Origin: Planctomycetales bacterium
GTDB lineage: Bacteria; 4484-113
Assembly: GCA_037441675.1 (NCBI GenBank)
Contig: JBBIRS010000001.1
Span: 160,001 to 224,000, forward strand
DNA: 64,000 bases
Direction of reading: 5' to 3'
Below the pieces are notes generated by a model. The model was not told the DNA's origin, searched no databases, and worked only from the letters and a program-made list of their open reading frames with translations. The position numbers and the translations under genes are program-made. This document shows positions 18,485-28,379 of this stretch, piece by piece. How positions within the stretch are numbered: the stretch's first letter is position 1; every line of letters begins with the position of its first letter.

Positions 18485-20200
18485 ATGTTCCAGTCGTTTA
18501 ATCGCTATCTATATTTGCCAATAACACTCGCAGTTAGTTTTCTGCTTCTATTGATTCAAGCTAATTGTGGAGGAAAGGAAGTACTACGTCCAACTTCTGA
18601 GCAAGGGGAAAAATTTCAGTTTGAGCAGGCTTATCCAGGCTCTTCCTATAACCCTTTCCAACCAGTAAAGAAAGTGAATGAATTAACACCTCAACTCTTG
18701 TCTAGTTTTCCTAGACTTGAGTTTGGTGAATTCAAATTGATAATCGTTGATGAAGAACACAATCCACTCGAAATATCCCAAGCGTCTTCTCCTTTCACTC
18801 TTAGAAGAGTCACCCCTTTAGAAGCTGAAATTGCCCTTCAGTCGGAGTGGTCTGGTAGCATCTTTATGTATCTTCTTTATCCGGGGGAAGAGTATTTTGC
18901 AACGGAGGTAACACCCTCTCCGCTCTTTAATGCAGATAGCGGATTTCTCTTCTTCTCCGCCTCAAATGTTTCAGGGGTTGTTGCTATTTCTGTTTTGCCA
19001 ATTAATGGCTCTGGCAATAATACCATTCCTCCATGTATTTTGGCACGGGTCAAATTTTCTACTGAGCCAAGAAGATTCGTTTCCCTCGCAGCTTCCAAGG
19101 CAATGAACAGTGTTTCCGACCTTACCGCAAGTATAAATTCCGATGGAACGGTGCTTGTTGCATGGACGGAGCTCCACCCCGGAGATTACAACAACGACGG
19201 AATAGTCAACATATCGGACGTAAAACCTCTTGCGGATCTTTTCCGCCAGAAAATTGCTACTGCACCTAATCCTGGGCGTGTTGACCTTGTTGATGGCACG
19301 AGGGACGGGGAAATTAACATTAACGATGTTAAACCACTGGCGGACAATTTCTTTACTCTTATCAGCGGTTACAATGTTTATCGGACAGCTATTTCCTCGC
19401 CCGATGAAGAGCCTGATCCCCTTGACAGTACTCGTTGGACACGTATCCTGAGAGAGGGAGCGGACCCGCCCGATGCTCCACCATCTGTCGTTCGCCAGTT
19501 TAACAATCAGGATTTTCGTCTTCCTTACACTTTGAGTGATGCTCCGACTGAGCCCGGTTTTTATGCGTATTTTATTCGCCCGTTTAGCAAATTGCAGGAT
19601 AACCCCAACGAAGGTGCAATTTCAGTCGTAGCGAAAACTTCTCAACCCGCTGGACAGCCTCGCCTCCTTCTTACAGTCGCTAACTCAGAGGGTAGGGGTG
19701 ATCCTCCTATTTTCTCAGTTGGCGAAGATATCATTCTTCAAGTTTACCTTGAAAATGCCTTTGATCTATTTTCTGCCAACGTGCGTTTCCTCTACCGTGG
19801 TGATGTGTTGCAACTCTTGGAGGATGTGGATAACAAACCTAGCCCTTCTGTCAATGGTTATGAGCCTAACTTGCTTTTTGACAACAACTTTGGTGGCGAT
19901 CCACTCTTTCTAGGGCTAGACGTAGGTGATGCTTCAGCGGACGGTTACCCGAATTATCGTTGGAGCGCAATGAACGCGACAAAGCGTAAACCTGCAGAAA
20001 CAGCTTTTGGCTCTGGCGCGCTTGGTTACTTCAGATTCAGGGTTATCGCTGGTGGTCCTGAGCAGTTGACTAGATTTGATAACGCCTTTCGCTTTCCTCA
20101 AAGCTCTGTTTTTATCTACCTTATGGGAGAGAACTATGGCGATTTTCTCCCAGCCCCAAGCATTTCAGATACCGAAAGCATTGTGATATCAACATTGTAG
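18485..20200 (+). CDS. Lipoprotein with dockerin-like duplicated EF-hand and C-terminal cohesin-like domain
   Basis: IQANC lipobox-like signal; GDYNNDGIVNISDVKPLADLF / DGTRDGEININDVKPLADNF; IILQVYLENAFDLFSANVRFLYRGDVLQL...GSGALGYFRFRVI. Confidence 0.7.
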   Translation: MFQSFNRYLYLPITLAVSFLLLLIQANCGGKEVLRPTSEQGEKFQFEQAYPGSSYNPFQPVKKVNELTPQLLSSFPRLEFGEFKLIIVDEEHNPLEISQASSPFTLRRVTPLEAEIALQSEWSGSIFMYLLYPGEEYFATEVTPSPLFNADSGFLFFSASNVSGVVAISVLPINGSGNNTIPPCILARVKFSTEPRRFVSLAASKAMNSVSDLTASINSDGTVLVAWTELHPGDYNNDGIVNISDVKPLADLFRQKIATAPNPGRVDLVDGTRDGEININDVKPLADNFFTLISGYNVYRTAISSPDEEPDPLDSTRWTRILREGADPPDAPPSVVRQFNNQDFRLPYTLSDAPTEPGFYAYFIRPFSKLQDNPNEGAISVVAKTSQPAGQPRLLLTVANSEGRGDPPIFSVGEDIILQVYLENAFDLFSANVRFLYRGDVLQLLEDVDNKPSPSVNGYEPNLLFDNNFGGDPLFLGLDVGDASADGYPNYRWSAMNATKRKPAETAFGSGALGYFRFRVIAGGPEQLTRFDNAFRFPQSSVFIYLMGENYGDFLPAPSISDTESIVISTL

Positions 20201-20256
20201 TCCTAACTTCCATTCTATCTATCAATCATCCCTTCTACTTAGGGTTTTCTTGCCAA

Positions 20257-21183
20257 TTATGGACTGCTACCGTAATTTGTTGCTAGATGTCTTTTAGTGT
20301 GGCAGTTTACCGTGCAGTTTCCGCCCCGCTCAGAGTAGCTTTGATAAGAGACATACTCACCAGATAGGGTATAAAACCTGATTTGGTGTTTCCGCGCACC
20401 ACCGTGTGGATTATGGCACTCAACACAACCGATCCTTCCCCCTTCAATGTGCACTTGGTGTAGATTCATACTTTCATTAATCTTGAATCCGCTAATATCT
20501 GTGTAAAGCTCAATCAAACTGTGGCATTTTAGGCAAAGCTCATTGGTTTGAAGCGAATCAGGTGTGCCTAGCCAATCTGGTGGTAGCATCTCAGTTGTAA
20601 TAAGCGCTTTCATCTCTTGATGTGGATGGTGGCAACCTATACAGCTAACCCCTCTCCTTCCTGCTCTATGTCCATCAGAAAAAACAAAGTCACGCTCAAT
20701 ATCTCTATGGCATTCAAAACAGAAGTCTGCACGATAATCTTGTCCCTCCAAGGCTTCTTCCGAAAGAGTCGCAGATGGCATTTTATGGCAAGAGAGGCAC
20801 TCCATGTGTTCACCTACCGAGCGTACTTTGTGAGTTAGGGCAGTTAAAGGCTTAAGGTAAACAGATTGGTTGTGGCAATCCTGACAGAGTATCCGTGAAA
20901 TCTGCGTTCGTTGTTTGAAACGAATTTCTTGTCTCCAGCCCGCCCTGATCTCGGTTATCCCAGGTAATCGGCTGGTAAATGTCCCGTGACACTCAAGGCA
21001 GTCAGCAGAATTTAATCCTTGAGAATGGGCAGGCGCATCTTTGTTTGACTTTATGTCTTCTCTATCTCTCTCCTCCTCTGTGAAAGCTCCTCCAGAACGC
21101 GCAGTTACAGTTAACCCCTGGTGAGATAGATAGTAAATAGTTGAAATAAATGCTACAACGATGAATATTAGAGATATGCGCAT
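20257..21183 (-). CDS. Multiheme c-type cytochrome (7 CxxCH + 1 CxxxCH)
   Basis: CLECH, CQDCH, CLSCH, CFECH, CIGCH, CLKCH, CVECH and CTVNCH; N-terminal signal/anchor. Confidence 0.9.
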   Translation of the reverse strand: MRISLIFIVVAFISTIYYLSHQGLTVTARSGGAFTEEERDREDIKSNKDAPAHSQGLNSADCLECHGTFTSRLPGITEIRAGWRQEIRFKQRTQISRILCQDCHNQSVYLKPLTALTHKVRSVGEHMECLSCHKMPSATLSEEALEGQDYRADFCFECHRDIERDFVFSDGHRAGRRGVSCIGCHHPHQEMKALITTEMLPPDWLGTPDSLQTNELCLKCHSLIELYTDISGFKINESMNLHQVHIEGGRIGCVECHNPHGGARKHQIRFYTLSGEYVSYQSYSERGGNCTVNCHTKRHLATNYGSSP

Positions 21184-21186
21184 TTT

Positions 21187-22593
21187 TCATTGCTTGATAA
21201 TAGAGAATACTTTGAACTTCTTTGATTTTTTAGGATTAACTTGATTATTGTTAGTATTATTTTCTGGGTGGAGGCTTTCCATCTCTTCTTCCGTTTCGGT
21301 TTCCGGCGCGGATACACTTGAGACCTCCAGCGCGACAATTGGATGAAAGTCATAGCCAATAGGCAACATTTCCCAAGGTTTTTCAATAGCAGGTGGTCGC
21401 ACCATCCTTTCAGATGTAGTAGGCTGGGGAAAGCCTTCATTATAGTTGCCACTACCCTCTGCATCTTCCATCACCGCCTCCGAAGAATCACCTGAGCCTT
21501 CCCGTTCATTCTCTATAAGCTCAGTTGGAGTTTGGCTCTCACTCCCATTCATAGAAGAAACTTTCTCCCTCGTGAAAACACCGCTAGTTCCCTTTTCGCC
21601 TACTTGTGATTGCCCACTCTCTTGCGGCGCCGAGGCGCCGTTGATTTGCGCGCCTTCTTCCGTTTCCTTCACTTCCCCCTGCTTTTCTACACCTTCTTCC
21701 TTTGGAGCTTCTACTCGTACAGGATGAATGTTGGGAGTTATCGCAACGCCATAAAAAAAGCCCTGGGAATTCTTGTCAGAAAAACTATCATTTACCACAG
21801 TGTAACCCGCGTAACCGCTAAAAGTATCTGATAACACTAGCCTTAACCCGGCGTCAAACCGAGTTACCCTCCCTGTATCAAATGTCGGCTTTCTAATGCT
21901 AATTACGTCAATCAAGCCATTTGCGAAAAGCAAAAGCTTCCCATCTTTACCAATCTGAAAGAGGTTGTAGTCTCCACCAACGCCAATGGAAGTTGTATTT
22001 CCTCTCCTGAAATCAGAAGTAAAATGGGAAAGAGAAAACAAAGTATGCGCTCTCAGTTCTGGTAAAAAGTCGGTGCTATATAGAAGAAATCCGTAAATTG
22101 TGTTCAAAGTTGTATCAACAGTATCAGATTCAATTCCCAAGTTGCCAAATCCAATGCCAGCGGAGAAGGCGCTTCCTGGCTGAAATTGAGGGACTTCTGG
22201 TGTTGGATAAACTGCATGCACCTCGTCTAGTTCGATCTTAAATTCAAGCCCCCATCCGTCCGCGGACGTGAGATTGTTAAATATGGGGTTAAAAAGAATA
22301 GTTCCGCCAGAAAGTTCATTCTTCAAAAGTCTAGCTCTCACCGCAAGCCTTTCATTTACCGCATATCCGAAGTTGAAGTAAGAAGCCACATCCCTTCCAG
22401 TCTTAATTGCGCTGGTTTCTTCAAACGCATCCTGCCCATACTCAAGGATAAGTGTTCCTTCCTCGCCAACGCTCGCCTCATCAATCCTTGACGTCCTAAC
22501 CGCTGATGCTACTTCAGGGTAAAGCGCTATTCCAATGAGTAAAAAATTCGTGGTTACAGCGATTTGTATCAAGAGTTTAACGCATTTGAGCAT
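21187..22593 (-). CDS. Putative outer-membrane beta-barrel protein with acidic low-complexity C-terminal tail
   Basis: Signal peptide from ATG 22593 (ORF track start 22662 overlaps the upstream gene); alternating aromatic/Gly strands YFNFGYAV, WGLEFKIEL, IGVGGDYNL, FDAGLRLVL, SGYAGYTV, GFFYGVAI. Confidence 0.6.
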   Translation of the reverse strand: MLKCVKLLIQIAVTTNFLLIGIALYPEVASAVRTSRIDEASVGEEGTLILEYGQDAFEETSAIKTGRDVASYFNFGYAVNERLAVRARLLKNELSGGTILFNPIFNNLTSADGWGLEFKIELDEVHAVYPTPEVPQFQPGSAFSAGIGFGNLGIESDTVDTTLNTIYGFLLYSTDFLPELRAHTLFSLSHFTSDFRRGNTTSIGVGGDYNLFQIGKDGKLLLFANGLIDVISIRKPTFDTGRVTRFDAGLRLVLSDTFSGYAGYTVVNDSFSDKNSQGFFYGVAITPNIHPVRVEAPKEEGVEKQGEVKETEEGAQINGASAPQESGQSQVGEKGTSGVFTREKVSSMNGSESQTPTELIENEREGSGDSSEAVMEDAEGSGNYNEGFPQPTTSERMVRPPAIEKPWEMLPIGYDFHPIVALEVSSVSAPETETEEEMESLHPENNTNNNQVNPKKSKKFKVFSIIKQ

Positions 22594-22618
22594 TCGTTTC
22601 TGCCTCGTTAAAAGCTGA

Positions 22619-23389
22619 TTATAACATAGGAAATTTATAAACGGCCGCGATGCCAAGCGCAATCAAGATAAAAGTGTGAAGAAAAACTAACTCCCAAAAG
22701 CTCCTTCTAAGCAAGTAATAAAACCCAAGAAAAATCCCCAGTACACTTCCACTAATCGTAACCATAGTGCCAAAGTCTGCAAAGCTCATACCAAATGCTA
22801 CCGAGGAGATTATCAACAAAAAGCTAGAAAGCAATGGGTTGTTCGTTCTAATCCCTCCACCTAGAAGGACTGCACGGAAAAATTCGCATGGGTAACCCCA
22901 TGTCAACAAAGCGAGGGGAAAGCTGAATAGATAAAGGTTCAATGGCTTTTGCAGAAAGGCGCTCGCCTGTTCAACCACATCAACCGAGAGTATGCTAAAT
23001 CCAAAATACTTAAGTATGGCAAACCAACCTAGCCCTAACGATGATGCTACCGCGAGCGAAATTAACCAACCCATAAATGCTGAGAATAAAGAATGTCTGT
23101 GATAGGTTAAGGGGAAAAGATAGACCTTGAATAAAGAAAGAATAAATACCGGAACACCCACAAACATCGCGAAATTGATAATAAACCTGCTAATAGAGAA
23201 CGATAGAAAGCTTTCAACACCCGCGCTATTATCGGTGAGATTAAATAATTCCGCATAAAACCCTATCAAAAGGTTAATTCCGACGTAGTATAAGAGGAGT
23301 ACAAAATATCCAATAGGAAGATTTAACACCGCTCCCCTTCTTTGCGAGGGAGGTTCATTTAGTTCCACCAACCTGCGTGGTGGGTTCAT
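22619..23389 (-). CDS. CPBP (Abi/CAAX protease) family membrane protein, catalytic motifs degenerate
   Basis: Paralogue of 23487-24209: PCEFFR, FGMSF and HTFIL replace EExxxR, FxxxH and HxxxN. Confidence 0.7.
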   Translation of the reverse strand: MNPPRRLVELNEPPSQRRGAVLNLPIGYFVLLLYYVGINLLIGFYAELFNLTDNSAGVESFLSFSISRFIINFAMFVGVPVFILSLFKVYLFPLTYHRHSLFSAFMGWLISLAVASSLGLGWFAILKYFGFSILSVDVVEQASAFLQKPLNLYLFSFPLALLTWGYPCEFFRAVLLGGGIRTNNPLLSSFLLIISSVAFGMSFADFGTMVTISGSVLGIFLGFYYLLRRSFWELVFLHTFILIALGIAAVYKFPML

Positions 23390-23486
23390 AGTGAAATTAT
23401 ATCAATTAGCCTTGCGCATTAACATTTCAAGTTGGTTCACAACTCTATCGAGGTAAAAATGGCACTAGCGATTACACGTTTTATGT

Positions 23487-24209
23487 TCAAATACCAAAGG
23501 AGTTTAGTATAACCGCAGAAGTGTTATAAAGTGTATGTAGCCAAATGTTCTCCCAAAGGCTTTTCCTTCTCAGGTAGTAATAGCCAAGAAAGATACCAAC
23601 GGGGAAAATTTGCATTACCGCAGAAATCCCCTGATATATATGCCCTAATGAGAAGGCTAGCGAAGAGATAAACAAAGCATAGGTGGAGAAAGCTGTGCCA
23701 TTCATCCGTGAAGGCAGAGAAAGAATATAAGCTCTAAATACCTCTTCTGGTATGCCTGCGGCAAGGAGCATAAATAATGGAACTACAAACAATAGCCTAA
23801 AGGGAGTATCAAAGTACTCCACAAGTGTTGCTATTAAAGGGTCAATTTCTTCTCTACCAATTAATTGAGTAGAAAGAATGCCCATAAGCAATGCAATTCC
23901 AATCAGAGCAATTACTCCTATAGCTACTGATAATAAAGAGTTTAGAAACGGATGCTTGCGAAATGTCAATCGGAGCAGTCGGCGATGGAAACTAAACTGA
24001 GTGATTAGGGTAAGCCCAACAAAAAGCGCAAGGTTTAGAATTATTGTCAATACAAGAAGGCTAGGCACCATTTCAAGGCTTATTCCTGCATCATTATTTC
24101 TTGGCAGGAAACTCAAAAATCCTAGCCCTGTATAAACTAGAGTGTAAAGAATAAGTGCTGTAATAAATTCCAATAGCAAAAATGGAGATTGTCCGCTCTT
24201 CATATTCAA
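23487..24209 (-). CDS. CPBP family intramembrane glutamic endopeptidase
   Basis: PEEVFRA, FSLGHIYQG and HTLYN motifs. Confidence 0.9.
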   Translation of the reverse strand: MNMKSGQSPFLLLEFITALILYTLVYTGLGFLSFLPRNNDAGISLEMVPSLLVLTIILNLALFVGLTLITQFSFHRRLLRLTFRKHPFLNSLLSVAIGVIALIGIALLMGILSTQLIGREEIDPLIATLVEYFDTPFRLLFVVPLFMLLAAGIPEEVFRAYILSLPSRMNGTAFSTYALFISSLAFSLGHIYQGISAVMQIFPVGIFLGYYYLRRKSLWENIWLHTLYNTSAVILNSFGI

Positions 24210-24229
24210 AGTTTGATGTCCTTCTCCAA

Positions 24230-24982
24230 TTAAGATTCTACCTTCATAAGCACTTTCCTAGGTGGTGGCTTAAGCTGAATAGGTATCTTCTTGATAACTT
24301 CAATGAACTTCGGTGTCACCTTGCATTTAACTGCCAAGAAACTCACCCCACTTTTCTTAGCTCTCTTCATGAATTCCAAATATTTTCTATGCACAAAATC
24401 CGCAATTCTAAGTTCCTTTGCGTCCTCCCGCTGAATAACGAAAATCATCATTGCTTTATTTCCCTTACTCTTCGTGTAAATTAGATTCTGAAGATGCTTT
24501 AGCCCTCTTGAAGTAGGTGCATCTGGGAAAAGGGCGTGACCATCAATTACCCAAGTTACCGACTTCACTTCAACGATCATCTTTTCACCCCGAGCATTCT
24601 CTAACATTAAGTCCAGCCGTGAATCTAGAGTCTTAATCTCATGTTTTGCATACTTCCAACCCTTAAGTCCCGGAATATCTGCATTTTGCGCCATCAACCT
24701 TATAAGCTTATTAGGCACGCTCGTATCAATGCATCCAAGAACACCCTCGGAGTTCTCAATAAGCGTCAGCATCCATCTCGTCTTCCGCTTTTCCGGATGC
24801 ATCGCAGGCGCCAGAAAACATCTTCTACCATAAACCAAAAGCTCATGTAACCTTCCAGTATGTGGAATATGCGCAAGCTCCCTCACTCCACTAATTTCAA
24901 CCTCCGCAAGGAAGCGATTCAAGCGAGCAATGAAGACCGCTTCCCTCAGCGAAGCTGGGAAATGGTAAACTCCACGCGCCAC
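24230..24982 (-). CDS. sfsA: DNA/RNA nuclease SfsA
   Basis: RLNRF, HIPHTGRLHEL, SRLD, VEVKSVT, FPDAPTSRGLKHL. Confidence 0.93.
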   Translation of the reverse strand: MARGVYHFPASLREAVFIARLNRFLAEVEISGVRELAHIPHTGRLHELLVYGRRCFLAPAMHPEKRKTRWMLTLIENSEGVLGCIDTSVPNKLIRLMAQNADIPGLKGWKYAKHEIKTLDSRLDLMLENARGEKMIVEVKSVTWVIDGHALFPDAPTSRGLKHLQNLIYTKSKGNKAMMIFVIQREDAKELRIADFVHRKYLEFMKRAKKSGVSFLAVKCKVTPKFIEVIKKIPIQLKPPPRKVLMKVES

Positions 24983-25080
24983 ATCCCCAGTATAGCAGTA
25001 GTGCTTTATGCTTGTTGAACTAAAGTAGAAAGCCTTCTCTCAATGTTGAAGGTTAAAAGATGTAGCCTAAAAACAGCTTC

Positions 25081-25992
25081 TTACCACCCCCGCTTCGCCA
25101 GTCGTTCTTCCTCTGCCATTGTCGCCACGTCAAGTCCGCGCATTGGTTCGCCCAAGCCTTTGCTAATTTCCGCAAGCTTCTTTGGGTCGTTAAAGTAAAC
25201 GACCGCTTCAACTATTGCCTTTGCTCGCCTTTCAGGATCTTCACTCTTGAATATCCCGCTTCCCACAAAGACGCTCTCCGCTCCAAGTTGCATCATCAGC
25301 GCTGCATCCGCAGGTGTCGCAATTCCGCCAGCCGCAAAATTCGGCACTGGCAGTTTCCCATTTTCAGCCACCCACTTCACCCATTCAAGGGGAGCATTCA
25401 GTTCCTTTGCCTTTGCTGGTAGGTCCCTTTCATCGCAGGTGCTAAGCATCTTTATCCCGGTCATCACTCTTCTCATATGCCTTACCGCTTCAACGATATT
25501 GCCAGTTCCCGCTTCTCCCTTTGTCCTAATCATCGCGGCTCCTTCCGCGATTCGCCTCAGAGCCTCACCCAAATCCCTGCATCCGCACACGAACGGAACT
25601 TTGAATTCATGCTTCCAAATATGATTCTCCTCATCCGCAGGAGTAAGGACTTCACTTTCATCAATAAAATCCACTTCGAGTGCCTCAAGTATCTGAGCCT
25701 CTGCGAAGTGGCCAATTCTGCATTTTGCCATAACTGGAATGCTTACCGCTTCCTTAATGGTGAGAATTACTTCAGGATCAGCCATTCTGGCAACTCCGCC
25801 TTCTCGCCTAATATCTGCAGGAACTCTCTCAAGTGCCATCACCGCGCAAGCGCCTGCGTCTTCCGCGATCTTTGCCTGCTCTGCGCTGGTGACGTCCATT
25901 ATTACTCCGCCTTTAAGCATCTCTGCAAGGCCAACCTTCACTCGCCAAGTTCCGAGCTCCATATTTTCCTTTCCGTAGTTTCCGCCTTGCAT
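25081..25992 (-). CDS. pdxS: Pyridoxal 5'-phosphate synthase lyase subunit
   Basis: [47 protein letters not shown]; start set at ATG 25992 after AGGAGG. Confidence 0.97.
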   Translation of the reverse strand: MQGGNYGKENMELGTWRVKVGLAEMLKGGVIMDVTSAEQAKIAEDAGACAVMALERVPADIRREGGVARMADPEVILTIKEAVSIPVMAKCRIGHFAEAQILEALEVDFIDESEVLTPADEENHIWKHEFKVPFVCGCRDLGEALRRIAEGAAMIRTKGEAGTGNIVEAVRHMRRVMTGIKMLSTCDERDLPAKAKELNAPLEWVKWVAENGKLPVPNFAAGGIATPADAALMMQLGAESVFVGSGIFKSEDPERRAKAIVEAVVYFNDPKKLAEISKGLGEPMRGLDVATMAEEERLAKRGW

Positions 25993-26118
25993 ATCACTTC
26001 CTCCTAACACCTTATATTTTACTACCAATGCCCTGATATGTGATTGCTTCACATTATTACCGCTATCCACAATGAACACTGGCTTTTCTCAATCGGATAC
26101 TGTGATAAACTTCTCCTC

Positions 26119-26973
26119 GTGGTAAAGGTTGATTGGCTTTCTAAGAGCGCAATAGACGCCTTTCGGCAGTGCCCAAAACGATATGAGTTCAAGGTTATCA
26201 AGAGGGAAGAGGAAGTTTTTAAGTGTATTGAGATTGAAGTAGGCTCAATTGTTCACGAGATTATCAAAGACCTTATGGTTAGCTTCAACGTAAGTTCAAA
26301 GTTCAACGGCAGAATTGGTTTGCCTAAAACCCAAGACTGGTTTAAGGAAGCTTATCAAGAACGTGCAAGGACGCTCAGCTCAGATGTTGAATGTGGTAAA
26401 GTGAGGCTAATTAAACCGGATATTCCCCTTGAAGATTACGTTTTCCTCGGTAGAACCTGCCTTAAAAACTTTACTTCGGAAGTTCTACGCAACCTATTCC
26501 ATCATAAAATACTTCAGGTTGAAGGTGGATTCCCAAACTTTCGCATAGCGAATGTAAAGATTTTTGGAAGGTATGATTTGGTTGTTGAGGCGGAGAACCG
26601 GATTCAAGTTCACGATTGGAAGACGGGCAAACCAAGCAAGGATGATGAATTTCAAGCACGCCTATACTTCTTCTCTGCGCGACAGAAGTACCGCACCGAG
26701 TCCACTTCAGAATTATCCCTTCATCTTCAATATCTGAACGGAGATAATGGCGCCCAGAGGGTGTCCTATGAGTTTTCCGATGACGTGTATATTGACTTGG
26801 TCACGGAAATCTCTGAAGTCAAAGGTGCCATTGAAGCAACCACTCACTTTTCTGCAATACCGAGTAAACTCTGCCACTGGTGTCCATTTAATCCTCTCTG
26901 CGAGGAAGGCACAACCTTTATAAAAGATAATCCCCTCAAAGGGGAGGAAGATTTGGAGGCGCTACCATTGTAA
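26119..26973 (+). CDS. PD-(D/E)XK nuclease, Cas4/AddB-like with 4-Cys Fe-S staple
   Basis: LSKSAIDAFRQCPKRY, GSIVHE, GRYD, HDWKTG, QARLY, CHWCPFNPLC; GTG 26119 preferred (ORF track start 26044). Confidence 0.85.
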   Translation: MVKVDWLSKSAIDAFRQCPKRYEFKVIKREEEVFKCIEIEVGSIVHEIIKDLMVSFNVSSKFNGRIGLPKTQDWFKEAYQERARTLSSDVECGKVRLIKPDIPLEDYVFLGRTCLKNFTSEVLRNLFHHKILQVEGGFPNFRIANVKIFGRYDLVVEAENRIQVHDWKTGKPSKDDEFQARLYFFSARQKYRTESTSELSLHLQYLNGDNGAQRVSYEFSDDVYIDLVTEISEVKGAIEATTHFSAIPSKLCHWCPFNPLCEEGTTFIKDNPLKGEEDLEALPL

Positions 26974-27082
26974 CAATTCATCAGCTTGCCTCTTGATAGT
27001 CTCTTGATAAAGACTTGGTAACAAAAGCCTAGCCGAGAGCCGGCGTTAGTACGTGTAGGGCATGATAGCGTTAATATCTTTT

Positions 27083-28366
27083 CTACTTCTTCTCCTTCCT
27101 CGGTGGGAAGTTCTTAATCTTCACAAGATCGCCTTCCTTCAGTCCTTCTTTGACTTCATAATTCTCATAATCAGTGGCCCCCAGGATTACTTTTGTTTCT
27201 TTGGGTATCCCTCTTTCATCCCTAACATAGACGATGGTCTCGTTTTCCTTCTCACCCGGCTGAATCGCCGCAAATGGCACAAGCAGTACATCCTTGACTT
27301 CTTTGGTTCTAATCCTGATGGTTGCGGTCATATTTGCGAGCAAAGATCTGTCCTTGTTCTCAACTGAAACTATGACAGTGAAAGTTGTCAGCCCTCCAGC
27401 CTGCTTTTGTCCTTGGGGATAAATGTTAGCGACTACACCATCATACTTTCTTTCAGGATACGCATCCACTGTAATTTCCGCTTTCTGCCCTACTTTTACC
27501 TGCCCAATGTCGACCTCATCAACGCTTCCCTTAACTTGAACTTCCGAAAGTTCAGCAATAGTGCAAATGGTTGTGCCCTCAGAAAAGCCCTGCCTTGATG
27601 ATATAACTGTGTCTCCCTCTTGCACAAACTTCTCAAGGACAGTTCCATCAATGGGGCTTTTGATTATCGCATCGCCCAAAGTCTTTCTAGCGTCTTCCAG
27701 ATCAACTTTAGCCCTTTCCCAGTTGAGCCTTGCAGATTCTAGCGTTTGCTGGTAGTCCTTTGCCTTAAGTATCTCTAGGCTAGTTTTTGCCTCCCCCAAC
27801 TGAACCTTTAATGAATCTACAGTTTTCTGGGCGTCCTCTAGCTCCTGCTGAGAAGCATATCCCTTTTCCTTAAGCTCCCTTATTCTATTCAACCTATCTT
27901 CAGCGTTTCTTAGGGATACTTCCAGTTCTTCAACTCTAGCCTCTGCGGTTGCAATTTGCTTTGGGAGATTACTCAGCTTAGCCTGCTCGTAATTTAGTCT
28001 AGCTTGCTTCTCCGCAATTATCGCCTTCTTTAGTATTATTTGCTGGTTTTCCTGGTCAAGAATAGCGATGATGTCACCCTTCTTGACAATAGCCCCTTCT
28101 TCGACTTTCAATTCCTCAACTATTCCTGTTGCTTCACTCTTTACCCGAGCAGTTGTTTTAGGTTCCACTATGCCCGTTCCCTCAATTGTTATAACTAAAT
28201 TTCCTTTCTTGACCGCCTCATAGTCTGGAAAACTTTTTTTATCCTCGCCTTTACCACTAGCTTCAGATGAATTCTTAGGGGACTTTAATAGAATAACGAT
28301 AACAATTCCCAGAGCAACAATTCCGAATATAAGCAAAATCGCTTTTACAACCCTAACCATTGTCAT
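27083..28366 (-). CDS. Efflux periplasmic adaptor subunit (MacA/YknX-like)
   Basis: N-terminal TM, GIVEELKVEEG..VKKGD lipoyl half, long coiled coil, IKSPIDGTV, VDEVDIGQVKVGQ. Confidence 0.92.
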   Translation of the reverse strand: MTMVRVVKAILLIFGIVALGIVIVILLKSPKNSSEASGKGEDKKSFPDYEAVKKGNLVITIEGTGIVEPKTTARVKSEATGIVEELKVEEGAIVKKGDIIAILDQENQQIILKKAIIAEKQARLNYEQAKLSNLPKQIATAEARVEELEVSLRNAEDRLNRIRELKEKGYASQQELEDAQKTVDSLKVQLGEAKTSLEILKAKDYQQTLESARLNWERAKVDLEDARKTLGDAIIKSPIDGTVLEKFVQEGDTVISSRQGFSEGTTICTIAELSEVQVKGSVDEVDIGQVKVGQKAEITVDAYPERKYDGVVANIYPQGQKQAGGLTTFTVIVSVENKDRSLLANMTATIRIRTKEVKDVLLVPFAAIQPGEKENETIVYVRDERGIPKETKVILGATDYENYEVKEGLKEGDLVKIKNFPPRKEKK

Positions 28367-28379
28367 TCAATAGGTAGTT

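Noticed and set aside
21168..21464. 98-aa minus ORF as a frameshifted continuation of the barrel gene
   Set aside because: Nested in an intact ORF whose stop abuts the cytochrome start; no motif support
25081..25992. pdxS without adjacent pdxT as a novelty
   Set aside because: Split or absent pdxT is common and cannot be judged from one window
26974..27082. CRISPR array next to the Cas4-like gene
   Set aside because: Only a 9-bp duplication; no 25-40 bp repeats with regular spacers seen here or in other intergenic regions
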